A DNA stretch of 64,000 nucleotides from Elsinoe ampelina. Taxonomy: Eukaryota. Location: the NCBI GenBank assembly GCA_010093995.1, contig ML992513.1:741203-805202 (forward strand), given 5' to 3'. Position numbers and translations under genes: made by a program. Below the pieces are notes generated by a model. The model was given only the letters and a program-made list of their open reading frames with translations. It was not told where the DNA came from and searched no databases. Positions 22,967 to 35,278 of this stretch are shown here, piece by piece (position 1 is the stretch's first letter; each line of letters opens with the position of its first letter).

Positions 22967-25900
22967 CCTAAAGGTACTATAAAGATTTTATAAAGTACTA
23001 CTATTAATATACTATTACTATAGAGTAAAGAGTAAGTACTATTAGTACTATACTAGATAAGTTTAAGCTTTCTCTATACTATATTAAAACTATATTTATT
23101 ATAGGAATAAAGACTACTAAATAGTTAAAGAGCTAAAGATCTAGCCTTAACTATAAGAAGAGTCTTAAAGAGATAATAGACTCTTTTAGAATATAAAAGC
23201 CTCTATATAATTAAAGAACTAGTCTAAACTCTATCTATAAGGTAGTTAGCTATATTAAAGATTAATATACTTAATATACTTATTATATCTACTCTAATAT
23301 AGATTACTTTAAGTAGTACCTTAAGAAAGTACTAAAGAGTTAAAGTAAGAGAAATAATAAAGATAAGTTAAATAATAAGAATACTAAGGCTAAAGGTAGA
23401 AGTAATAAGTTAAAGACTAAGAAAGTTAAAGATTAAGCTATTATTAAAGAATCTAAAGAGCCTACTAAGATAGAGAAATTTAATAAGTAATCTAATAGTA
23501 ATATTAATATTATTAGATTAATTTATACTAAGGTAGCTATATCTATATTATTATTATTATTATTATTAATATATAGCTAGAATAAAGTAATCTATAACTC
23601 TAGTATATTAAGGTACTTTATTAAGGATAAGTTATAGTTCTTAATAATTAAGATATATAAAGAAGTTTTTAAATTTAAATAAGCTATTAGTATAAAGAAG
23701 CTACTTAATATAGAAATTAGTAAAGTTAGGCTTATTCTAACTAATAGTAAAGAAAAGAAGATAATTATTAAACTTAATAGTTATATATACTTACTATTAT
23801 TAACTAATACTCTTATATCTAATCTTTAGAATAAAGAAGAACTTAGTATTCCTATAGTTAGTAAATCCTTATTAAAGGATAGAAAGGAAGTTAGCCTTAT
23901 TAAACATTTTAAAAGAGTTAAGTAGTTAAAGAACTTTAAGATTTATAAGCCTTAGGATATAAGCTAACTACTTTTAAAGCTAAAACTATAAAAACTATAG
24001 GCTATAAGAGTAAATCTAGCTATAGTAACTATATAAAGACTAATATTAGAGAGATAGTACTAGAGACTAGGCTATATTAGTAATATAGTTCTTTCCCTTA
24101 CTAAAAGCCTAGCTATTAGACTAGAAGAACTTTAAATATTAGATCTTAATTACTATAAACTATATACTATATTAAAAGTATAAAGAGTAGTATTAAGGAA
24201 ACTAAGAGATCTACTAAAGTACTTACTAGATAAGCTTTATCTAGACCTTATTAGTCCTATTAAACTATAGTTAAGTAAAGGCTATAAGTACTTTCTCTTT
24301 ACTATATATAGTAAAAGTAAGTATAAGTTTATTACTATTCTCTTTCTAAAGAGTAATACTCTAGTAGCTATTAAAGCTATTTATACTAAGAACTATATAG
24401 CTTATAATAAACTATTATTTATCTTTATCTTTAATAGAGATAGTAAATTTAAGAATTATAAGCTAGTAATAGCTATTTAACTTAATAGTTAGAGATAGAA
24501 TATCTCTATACCTAATACTTAATATTAAAATAGAGAGTCTAAGGCTACTAATAAAGCTATTATCCTTAGAATAAGATATATCTTTATTAATTATAAAGCA
24601 CTCTTTAAACTCTAGTACTTATTAGTAGAGTTTATAATCTATATTAGTAATAGAATTACCTATACTAAAACTAAGAAAATCCCTATATAAGAATTAAGGA
24701 AAGATCTTCTTAATAATAATAAACTAGTCTTATTAATATATATTAAACACTTTAGCTATAAAGCCTATATCTATAATTAATATATTTCTAAATTATATAA
24801 GTTTTAAGCTAGAGTACTACTTAGCTAGTATATTAGAATATAACTTAACTCTAAGACTAATTACTTTATCTAGATACTTTACTAGTACTATACTTAATAA
24901 GCCTAGAAGAGAAAGATCTTAATATTACTTTATATTACCTTTAATAAAGGTATAGTCTATAGAGATTAAGTAATATAGCTTATTAAGTAACTATATATTC
25001 TATAAGTATAACTACCTAAAGCTTTATAGTTTTAGAGAGAGTAGATATTTAGTAGTAATTATTATAAAAGCTATAGCTAGAACTAACTACCCTTTAGTTA
25101 TAAGAATCTATAAACTACTTAGGCTAAATAGCTAATATCTAACTACTCTATAACTCCTAGATATAAATAACTATCTACCTCTATTAAAGAGTAAGAGAAG
25201 TATCTATAATACTATTACTTTTAAATAGATACTTAACTTATTAATAAATAAAAGAAGTAACTTATTAAGTAACTTAATAATAATAATTATAAAGGTAAAG
25301 ACCTTATAATACTACTACTTAAAGTTATTAGTAAACTATATTCTACCTTTAATTTAATATTTAATATTAATTAGCTACTAATATATACTTAAAATAAGAA
25401 TATTAACTTCCTTATTATACTCTTTAATATATAGTCTTTAATAGATAAAAGAAAGAAATTACTTTTACTATAAGAAACTATTAGAAAGTCTCTTAGAATA
25501 TACTACTAGATTAATTATAAGAGACTTAATAATAATAAGATTATTAGATCTATAGCTATTAACTTTAAGCTAGACCTATAAATAGTAAGAGATATACTAT
25601 TCTCTCCTAAAGAGTATTACTAGTAAGCTATAATAGAAGTAAAGTAGAATACTCTAAAAAATACTAAAACCTTTTTAATTATTAAGAAATTATAGATACT
25701 AAGAGGTATTAGGCTAATAATAAGTAAATAAGTCTTTAAGATTAAGAGGCTTACTAATAGTAAAGTTAAGAGATATAAGGCTTACTAGACTATAAAAGAC
25801 TTTACCTAAAGGTAAAGTATTAACTTTATTAGAATCTTTATACTAATACTAAGAGCTAAAACTAGAAGAGTAATTCTTATATATACTCTTTACTATAACT

Positions 25901-28794
25901 AGGTTATTATAATAGTAAATACTATTACTATATTCCTTAGACTAGATATTAATATTAAAAATTATATCTCTTACTTAGAAGATATACTAATCTCTAATAA
26001 GTAGAATAAGCTTATTATTCTTATAAAAGGCTTATATAGACTTAAGTAAGCTATAGCTCTTTAGTATAACTCTATAGTTAAAGCACTTCTATTACTTAGC
26101 TTTATTAAGTTATATAGTAATATTTATCTCTTTATTAATAAGTACTATATAGTTCTTATATATATTAATAATTTTAAAATTATTATTACTAAGTAGAAGT
26201 ATACTAATAAGCTAGTTAAAGACTTCTATCTTAAGTTTCTAATAAAGATTATAAACTTGAATCTCTTCCTTAGTATTTAACTTTATAAAACTAAGAATAT
26301 AATTAAGATTAAGTAATTATACTACTTAGAGGAAAAGCTTAAGGGCTATAATCTTTACTAAGTAAGAACTATAAAGTATCTTATTAATTAACTCTATAAA
26401 CTAACTAATAGCTAAGTTAATACTTAGAACTATAAGATATTTAATAGAATTATTAGTAAATTATAGTATCTAGCTAATAATATAAAGCTAGATATTAGCT
26501 ATACTACTAATTACTTAGCTAAATTCCTTTAGAATCTAACTATAGCTTATATAGTTATAGCTAAGTAAATCTAGAGATATATTAATAGAATAATTATAAA
26601 GAGTTTAACCTTTAAGAAGGTTAATAGCCTATTAGTTAATACTATTAAGGCCTACTCTAATTTAGACTTTATTAGTAATAGATTAACTATAAGATCTATA
26701 TCTAGTATAATTATCTATATACTTAGTATATTAGTTATTTAGAAATTTAGACTATAGAAGATTATTATACTATTAAGTACTAAGGCTAAGTACTTTACCT
26801 TAACTAAGACTTATAAAGAGAGTAATTAGTTAAGAAATCTTATTATTAAACTTAAGCTACTTACTAATATCTACCTTAGACTAACTATAGTCTTTATTAA
26901 TAATAAGTTAGCTATTAAACTTATAAGAGATTATACTAATTTAAGAAGATTAAAGTATATTAACTTAAGGAACTACTACTATAGAGAGTAGTATAAACTT
27001 AGAGTAATTAAGCTTAAGTATATTAATATAACTTAGTAATTAGCTAATATACTTACTAAGTCTAAGTCTCTTAATAAGATTCTTAACTAATTAGTAAAGG
27101 CTAATTACCTAGTATAACTTTATACTATATACTTACTTAGATTTTATTTATATTACTATCCTAAGTATATTATTTATACTACTACTACTTATTAAGCTAT
27201 TTTATTTATCTAAAGTCTAAAGTAGACTACTTTATTATTAAAAAGAGAGAAAGAAAAAGCTATTATAACTTTATTACTAGCTACTTATACCTAAGCTATA
27301 TCTACTACTTAATACTATTACTATCTCTATTATCTACTATCCTATCTTACTAATACTTATTTAATAAGCTTACCTTTTCTTCTATAGAGAGCTCTTTAAG
27401 CTAGATTTAGAACTACTTCTTTTCTTTCCTTTACTCTTACTACTACTAGACTTAGTTATTAGTAGAGTTCCTTTAGGAGTTAGAGATAAGCTTATATTAG
27501 ATATACTTCTTAGGATACCTTCCTAATTCTTAAGCTCTAAACCCTACCTATATATCTATAGACTAGGTACTTTACTACTCTTAGCTAATCTTCTTTATAA
27601 GTTATTATAGTTATTTATATAGTCTCTAAACTTCTTAGTATACCTAGCCTAAGTATTAGAATCTTATAGCTTAAATCTAGTAAGAGCTAGAATAGGAATA
27701 AAGACCTTATCCTTAGTATACTTTAGCTTTAGAATATTAATATCCCTAATTAGATCTATATTAATTTTTCTAGTTATACTAGAAGTAAATCTAGTAGTAG
27801 AAGAGTAATAACTATAAGAGGGACTAGAAAGAGTAGAAGAGAGACTAGTTAGAGTTAAGGGACTAGTAGTAGTTAATAACTTAGCTACTTTCCTTAGTAT
27901 AATATTCTAGCTATTAAGAAAGATATCTTTAGAGGCCTAAGACTAGAAGTTATACTTAAAGTACTTATTAATATAGATATAGTTAATATAAGCTCTACTA
28001 TAGACCTATTAGAAAGTTATATAAGAGTTAAAGGTCTTTAAGAAATAAGTACTATTAGTATTCTTAATGTTATAGTAGAAAGGTTAAGTATAAATAGTTC
28101 TACCTCTAGTATAATATATTAAGATTACTAGAAGATAGTTAGTATTTACTAATATTAAGGTTATTATATTAATAGTCTTATTAGCTATAATAGTATTAAC
28201 TAGAACTACTATATTATAGATATTATCTCTATTAGTAAATACTTTAACTTAAGTAGTCTAGACTAGTCTAGTAAAGTAATAAAGAGTACTAAACTTCTTT
28301 AATAAGTAAAAGAAGAAAAAAATACTAATAATACTATTTATTATAATTAGAAAGTTATTTAAAGCTATAGCTCTCTATATTAAGTTAATAATAATAATAA
28401 TCTAAGCCTTAGATAGAATTACTCTATTACTAGCTATAGATATATAAGAGAGCTAAGTATAATTAAAGAAGGTTATTACTATATTAGTAGTAATTAACTA
28501 ATATAAGTATAATAAAGAAAGGAGAAATTATAAAGAAGCTAGCTAGATACTTATATCTCCTTTATTAAGATTTATAAGCTAGTTTATTTATATAGAATAA
28601 TAGCTACCTAGCTATTATTAATAGTTACTATTATTACTAGTAATTATAAGCTAGACTAATAGTAAATTCTTACTAATAATTAGCTAGTACTAATAATTAT
28701 AAGTAATTATAATAAGATAAAGTAATAACCTAATTACTTTACTTATATATAATAGACAGTTCTTTAGCTTTAATAATCTATACTAGAGGAGGAG

Positions 28795-28935
28795 TATTAT
28801 AATAGAGGACTAGTATAGCTTCTCTAGTACTAAAGAACTAGTACTAATAAGTTAGCACACGTATAGTAGATAATTGGTTATTATAACTCACTAAATGAAT
28901 TACACGTCTCTCGATCCGATTTGCCAATTACAACA
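28795..28935 (+). repeat. 3' LTR (141 bp)
   Basis: Direct repeat of 22826-22966. Ends CAACA, followed by TSD CCATT. Confidence 0.95.
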
Positions 28936-29379
28936 CCATTTACCCCAAATCGCGGGACAGAAAGGCCGTTTGCGCCGTCGTTTAATCAATTTGGTGTTAT
29001 TATGCAGAGGGGTGAAAGAGCCGCCTCAATTATTAATGGCAGGGTTTATAGAAGCCCTCCATGTCCTTCTCCCATACTTCCAACAAGCTTTGCAAGACCT
29101 CACCTTGCTTGCTCGCATCGGGAATCGCTGCTTGATGAGACGGTCGAAATCAAGCCTTTGTGTCAAGACTCGCAACACCATTCAGGTGCTTCAGCAAGAT
29201 CTACATCGGTGGAGGGAATCACCGACTTTGCCGTTTTAGCCTTTCATAAATTATCCTCGGCATCTGTTTAATCCTGGCATAACTGTGCACCCACGGCATC
29301 TCGTTGGAGAAGCCTTCAAAACACCTCTGCCAGCCATGTAGGTATTCTGTCTTCTTTGTGCACATCATCTATTTTCATA

Positions 29380-31020
29380 ATGTCTACTATAATGTCGGAA
29401 AAGGAGCCCGATGTCGAGAATACGCCTGGCACTGTAGAGGCAATGCAGAAGAGCACATCCACCGCCAGCTCGGATGGGGAACCACAACAAGAACAACAGG
29501 ATCAATATCTGGTCACTTGGGATGGCGAGAATGATCCAACCAATCCTCTGAACTGGTCGAGAGGCAAGAAAATTATTCATATCGCCATGGTCTCTGGATT
29601 GACCTTTGTTACGTGAGTGCTACCACTTCTCGCTCACTCCACATTATTTCTGATCATGTCCAAGCCCGCTGGCTTCATCCATGTTCGCCCCAGGAGTACC
29701 CTACGTACTACAACGATTCCAACAATCAAACGAAGTCCTCGCCTCATTCGTCGTGTCCGTCTACCTTGTCGGTTACGCATTCGGTCCTCTTCTCTGTGCG
29801 CCTCTCTGCGAACTCTACGGCCGAGCCATCGTCTACCAAGTCACCAACGTCCTCTACCTAGGCTTCAGCATAGGCTGCGCCGCCGCACCCTCCTTCAACA
29901 GCCTCATTGGCCTTCGCTTCCTCGCAGGCGCTGCTGGTTCCGCACCCCTCGTCCTCGGCGGCGGCACCATTGCCGACCTCTACAAACGCGAAGAGCGCGG
30001 CGCGAAGATGTCCATTTTCTCCATGGGGCCTCTCATGGGTCCCGTCATCGGTCCCATCGCCGGTGCCTTTGTAGCACAAGATGTCAGCTGGCGATGGGTA
30101 TTCTGGATCATCTCCATCGCGGCAGGGGTATGCACTGTCTTCTGCCTGATCTTCATGCGAGAAACCTACGCTCCGGTCCTGCTCGACCGCAAGGCGAAGA
30201 AAGTCCGGGCCGAAACGGGTAACCCTCTGTACAAAACCATGTACGATACCGGCGACACGCCCAAGGACGTCTTCGTGAAAGCCCTCTCCCGCCCGACGCT
30301 CATGTTCGTCAAGTCCCCCACCGTCTTCATCTTCACAGTAAGTCACCTCCCCCAACCCTTGGACACCCAGCACCCTGACACGACGGACCATAGATGTACC
30401 TCTCCATCATCTACGGCTTCACCTACCTCCTCTTCGTCACCATCACCCAAGTCTTCGAGTCCACCTACGGCTTCTCCACCGGCATCGCCGGCCTCGCCTT
30501 CCTCGGCATCGGCATCGGCATGTTCCTCGGCCTGGCCGTCTTCGGCGCCACATCCGACCGCCGCATCCGGAGCCTCAAGGCAAAAGCCGAAGCCAAGGGC
30601 GGGACCGTCAACGATGTGCCTCCCGAAGTGAGGCTGGAAGGCATGATTGGCGCCGCGGTTGTGATTCCCATAGGGCTGTTTTGGTATGGATGGAGCGCGG
30701 AGAAGGAGATACATTATATCATGCCTATCATCGGCACGGGCTTGTTTGGTTTGGGGAATATTGGCATCTTTATCGCTGTACAGACGTACCTGGTGGATTG
30801 CTACCCATTGTATGCGGCGAGTGTGACGTCGACGCATACTGTGGTGAGGTCGTTGTTGGGGGCTTTTCTACCCCTGGCCGGACGGCCGCTGTACAGGGAT
30901 CTGGGACTGGGGTGGGGGAACTCGTTGTTGGGGTTCGTGGCCGTGGCTATGATACCGGTGCCGTTGGTGTTGCTGAAATATGGGGGTAGAGTGAGGGAGA
31001 AGTTTCAGGTCAAGTTCTAG
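29380..31020 (+). CDS. MFS drug:H+ antiporter (DHA1 family); 3 exons
   Basis: WDGENDPTNPLNWS, APLCELYGR, GGGTIADLY, GPVIGPIAG, ETYAPVLL, PPEVRL, LGLGWGNSLLG. Confidence 0.92.
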
Positions 31021-31269
31021 GCTTGTTACCGACGGACTGTAGCATTATGTGGAAAGGGCATAGCGTTGGCATGGTCGAGAGTCACTACATAGATGCATTG
31101 GCATGTGCTGCACCAATCATAGCAAGATACCAGTCTCTACAGTTTGAGCACAGGCCGGGTTATTGTGTCGGACTGAGCATGAATGAATTGACATGAACAC
31201 GCATCTTACATACGCTCGCTTGACCCCGGATCACCTGAACGCCGACAGTGAAAGTACTACTCAATCCAT

Positions 31270-33189
31270 TCAATCATACAGAGCAGCAACCTCCATCGCA
31301 TTCAATTCTTCCTCATCCACTTCGTCCTCTATGCAAACGTCAGCGAGCACTCTCACCAAGCCATGAATCAAACTCACCATGAGCCACCTTCTTTGCTGCC
31401 TTTTTCGCCGGGACACGTCCAGGACTAGTCTTGCCCTTTGCCGCCGCTGCAGGTTTCCCCTTCTTCGTCTCACTACTCTTGCCCTTCGGCTTAGCCTTCG
31501 GACCGGCTTTTGCGGCGGCCCCCACAGGTGCAGGTTTGGCGCCAGCCTTCCCAATGGCGACGTCAGCTGTAGCCTTCTTTTCTTGAGCTGGGTCACTCTT
31601 CCTTCCAGCCCCGACACTCCCATCCTTGCCTAGCTTGCCCTTCTTCTCAAACGTGGGCTTGACCCCTCCGGCTCCAGGGGCTTCGATGACCTTCTGCTTC
31701 GCCGCCTGCTCTTCTTCCTCGGCGACGAGCTGCTCGTGCTCTTCGAGAACATCCATAGCGTCGACGATATTCTCACTCGCCGAGTTGTCGATTTCTTCCG
31801 GATCAATCTCCTCGGCTTCTTTGGCAGCGACGACCTTCTTGAGTTCCTTGGCCTCGGCTTCTTTCTGTTTCGCAACCACTTCCTGAACCTTCTTAGCTTC
31901 GGCCTCCTTGGCGGCGGCGGCTGCCTTCTTCTCCTCGACTACCTTCTCGATGGCTTTCTTGTCTTCGGGTTTGACCTCGGGGGCTTTGTCGACGGCGGCA
32001 GGGGCTTCGTTTGGCTTCGCCAACCCGAGCTCGTTCACTGCTTCGGCACGTAGCTGTTCGTCCGTCTTGAACCAGCTGCCGTCAAACTTGTGTTTGGCAA
32101 ATGCCTTGCCATATGCTGGGTCGCCAGAGTGGCTGTGTGGTTGTCCCCAGCCGAAAGCGTTGACCGGAAGGATGAGGACGTCACCGAGCTGTTTTGGCTC
32201 TTTGATACCAGAGAGCATTTCCGGAACGAAATCAATACCTTGATCCTGCAAGTGATGAACCACAGAGTCACTGAGGCCGCCAGGGCCAGTGCTGAACAGG
32301 ATATCCTCGAAGCCAAGGTCGGCATCGTCGACTTCCTTGCGCTGTTGTCGAGCAATCAACTCGAGGTTGGCCATTGCTCGTGACACCATGTTTTCCATCA
32401 ACGGATGACCAGGCTTGACCATGAATGTCCACTGCACGAAGCTGACGGGTTTGGCAAAGGCGTATTTGGGCGGACTATCCCATTCGATGCCGACCACCGC
32501 ATTGATTTTGCCATTCCTGTACTCTTCCGGAATCCATTCATCAATGGGCTCCATACACTCGGTGTCCGAGTCGGTGTAAACGCCTCCTTTGGCCAGCAGG
32601 ATCAGGTAGCGTAGGACGTCGGAGCGAACGACAGGTACCGTGAGGCGTTTCCAGAACCGGGTGATGGCGGGGCGATTCTTGAAGATGCGGGCGACAAATT
32701 CATCGCTCTCTTCGTCTAGAAGGAAATGGTGTCAGGATCGCTGTGGGCTGAACATGGGTCAAGCGTAGACTCACCACTCAAATGCACATGTCTCCACCCG
32801 GGGTTCATCTTGTGCCACGAAGCGATATTCCGAGTATTCCGTCGCCGCAGATTGAGAGGTGACTTTTGCCATATGTTTTTGGGGAATGGTTGATCCAGTA
32901 GCTCTGTCACACGTGCTGAGTAGCCAGCGGTAAATATGTTTGTGCCTCCGGCGACTGATATACCCACGCTGGAGCTGCGGTGGTGGGATGATGTCCTTTC
33001 GCGACCGCTGGTAGCTCGGTGGATGCTGCCGGACCACTCTTGCTGACTCCGCATGCTCATGCTGGTAAATTTGTGCGGTACAACACTCTTGACATGCGAG
33101 GAAATGGATTTGGAGGAGATGCTCAGGTAGGTGAGGTAGCCGATGATGGCCAGCAGCCAAAATGGCCGCAGGCTTGACATGGAATGCAT
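31270..33189 (-). CDS. GT32 (OCH1-like alpha-1,6-mannosyltransferase family) glycosyltransferase with a long charged low-complexity C-terminal tail; 3 exons
   Basis: N-terminal TM, FPKNIWQ, SWHKMNP, spliced VVRSDVLRYLILLAKGGVYTDSD (DxD), VVGIEWD, QWTF..KPGHP, TGPG, HKFDGSW. The last exon ends ...EVAALYD at 31270. Confidence 0.88.
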
Positions 33190-33667
33190 CCTGTGTTTCG
33201 CAGAGCGAGAAAATAAAGACGGTCGACGTGAGGCACGACGGAGAAGATGCACAGTACTTACAGCATTTGGTCGGATGCCTATCTCGTCATGCAGGGGGCC
33301 CGGGAAGGAGACCAGCGCGAACGGGGGGGTGATCAAAGCTAGTTTATCCCTGGTCGCAACGGTGCGGCGTGAAGGTCTCGTTGATCGAGGGGACGATCTT
33401 TGCTAGAGTCTAGACGCGCCCGGTGCATTTTTGCGTCTTAGCGGAGGTACGAAGAGTATTGGGTTTGGATGGACGGCGATGGAGGAGAGAAAGATGCATG
33501 TCTGCTGGCAGGCCTGGAGATTTGGCCGAGTCACGGTCAAAAAATGCTTCACCATCATAAAATAATAGATACACGTCTGCAATACTGCATGTGATGGTAG
33601 ATCAGAAACAAAGACGCCCGCTCGTCCATATCCATGCAAATGTGTAGCGACTATGTCCATGTATTCC

Positions 33668-34881
33668 TCAAAACCCCGTTCCGCCCGTGGCATGTATACC
33701 ATGCTTCTTCCGATACAACCTTCGTTGTTGCATTTCTGTAATGAGGTCGTCGACGATCAGATCTTCCTCCAAAGCATCGCCAGACCAGAAGGATATGAGC
33801 TCGGTCTGTAGCTCTGATCCCTCGAATTCGAGCTCCCAATCTGACCGAGCCTCCTCGGCAATCATCATAAAGGCTTCCATTGCGCGCGTCTTGTGGGCGA
33901 GTCCGGCAAAGTGCACAAACAGATCGCCTTGTCGTAGGGTCGCTTTGTGTAGCTCCTTGTCCGGCAGCTCTGCTGACACAGATCCTCCCTCCATCTTCAC
34001 TTCCCACTCGGTCGGTTTCGCATTGAACCACCGTTGTGGCACATGCATGACGTGTTCGCGAAACGAGTCCTGCCATGAGTAAGAGCTTGCGGTGAGCCGT
34101 CTGACACTATGATACGTACACTGAGGATCCAGAGCTCAAGTGCTGTCTGCTCGCTGTATTCCAGGTCGACATCCCCCTCGTACATCTCAATACCAATGAC
34201 AGTCTTGAGCAGCTGTATCGACCAGGGGTGTACTCGTAGGAAGAAGACACCATTATTAAGTCCATTGTCGTCATTTGTGACGAGCATGTGGATATGCGAC
34301 CATTGATCTTGAGGCGGAAGGAAGGCTTCTAGAGGGGTGTTTGGGTTCATGAGGGTGACATCCGCATCATACCACCTTGGCATAGAAGTCAGTGCTCTGA
34401 AGCTCTAGGGTCAGTCAAAGACGTACATCATCCATTGCAATCGCTCATTTTCGGGTTTGGCCAGTTCCAGAGTAATGAGACTCAGCATGTAGACTGTTCG
34501 ATCCCAGAAACCTCCAATCACAGGCTGAGTGAGCACAAAATGTTTGTAGCCAAATCTTTCGTCATGTCGTCTGTGTAATTCGTGATTCCGCAAGACGATT
34601 TCGTTTTCTTGGTATTTCCCGGTGATTAATGATACCTTTGCCACTTCCAGGTTGTCCGCACTCGATTGTCGGCCTCCTTTGCGCAGCATGTCAGTGAGGA
34701 AGATGGCGACAAAGAGAAACGAAAAGACATAAAGCAAGGCTCGACAAGGTCCGCGGCCTCCCAATAGTGATTTCCGATTCCCAGCGTACATGTCCGGCGA
34801 CTGCGAAAAGCGTGTCGGCTTCCACAATGGCTCCTTGTGATGCCAGGCAGCTTGACTGACAGGTGGGCTTTTTGGCGACAT
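33668..34881 (-). CDS. GT34 (GMA12/MNN10 family) glycosyltransferase, type II membrane; 3 exons
   Basis: TM ALLYVFSFLFVAIFL, ELAKPENERLQW, spliced MWYDADVTLMNP (DxD), GLNNGVFFLRV, EQTAL, VPQRWFNA, GDLFVHFAG. Confidence 0.9.
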
Positions 34882-35237
34882 GAGGGCAAATGCGGTCAAG
34901 AACTGGAGGGGTCTGACGAGAATATTTATTATCGGACAGACAAGCTCCCAGCGGAAACGGCGTGCCCCTGGCGTGGAAGGGCCCAAAAATGTCCAGAAGG
35001 CACAAAAGCATGTACATGCCCCTATCCAGGTGCAGGAACTCCTCGTGCAGGCGGGGCACTCTGCCTGCATGGACATCTGTGCGTAACCGTAGAAGGTCTA
35101 GTCTGCATGTTGAGATGTAAATTGAGATGACGAAATTAGTTATCGAATACGATGGGGTTCTGGAAGGACAGATAAAAGAGCTGACATGTCCGCTGTGGAA
35201 GACATTATGTCTGGTCTTCCACACGTGTTTCGCCCCG

Positions 35238-35278
35238 CATCCCTCAGGGACACATCCCTCAGGGCACATCCCTCAGGG
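35238..35278. repeat. Three direct copies of CATCCCTCAGGG upstream of the GT34 gene
   Basis: Copies at 35238, 35253 and 35267. Confidence 0.85.

Larger units (their letters stand above)
22826..28935 (+). mobile_element. Ty1/Copia LTR retrotransposon with both LTRs, destroyed by RIP; 5-bp TSD CCATT (22821-22825 and 28936-28940)
   Basis: Paired 141-bp LTRs with TG...CA termini; purine tract agaggaggag before the 3' LTR. Reverting G>A and C>T changes recovers motifs in Copia order: protease YDSGASRHF (~23593), WHQRLGH (~24055), integrase DL.GPI (~24244), RT KWVFKIK (~25726) and YVDD (TATATTAATAAT, 26161), RNase H SSTEAEY (~26772) and LAD.LTK (~27040). Confidence 0.95.

Noticed and set aside
22826..28935. 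AT-rich block as a NUMT, centromere or CRISPR-like array
   Set aside because: LTRs, TSD and revertible Copia motifs explain it fully; there is no repeat-spacer structure.
28895..29271. ORFs starting inside the 3' LTR
   Set aside because: They span the LTR/unique junction and have no recognisable motifs.
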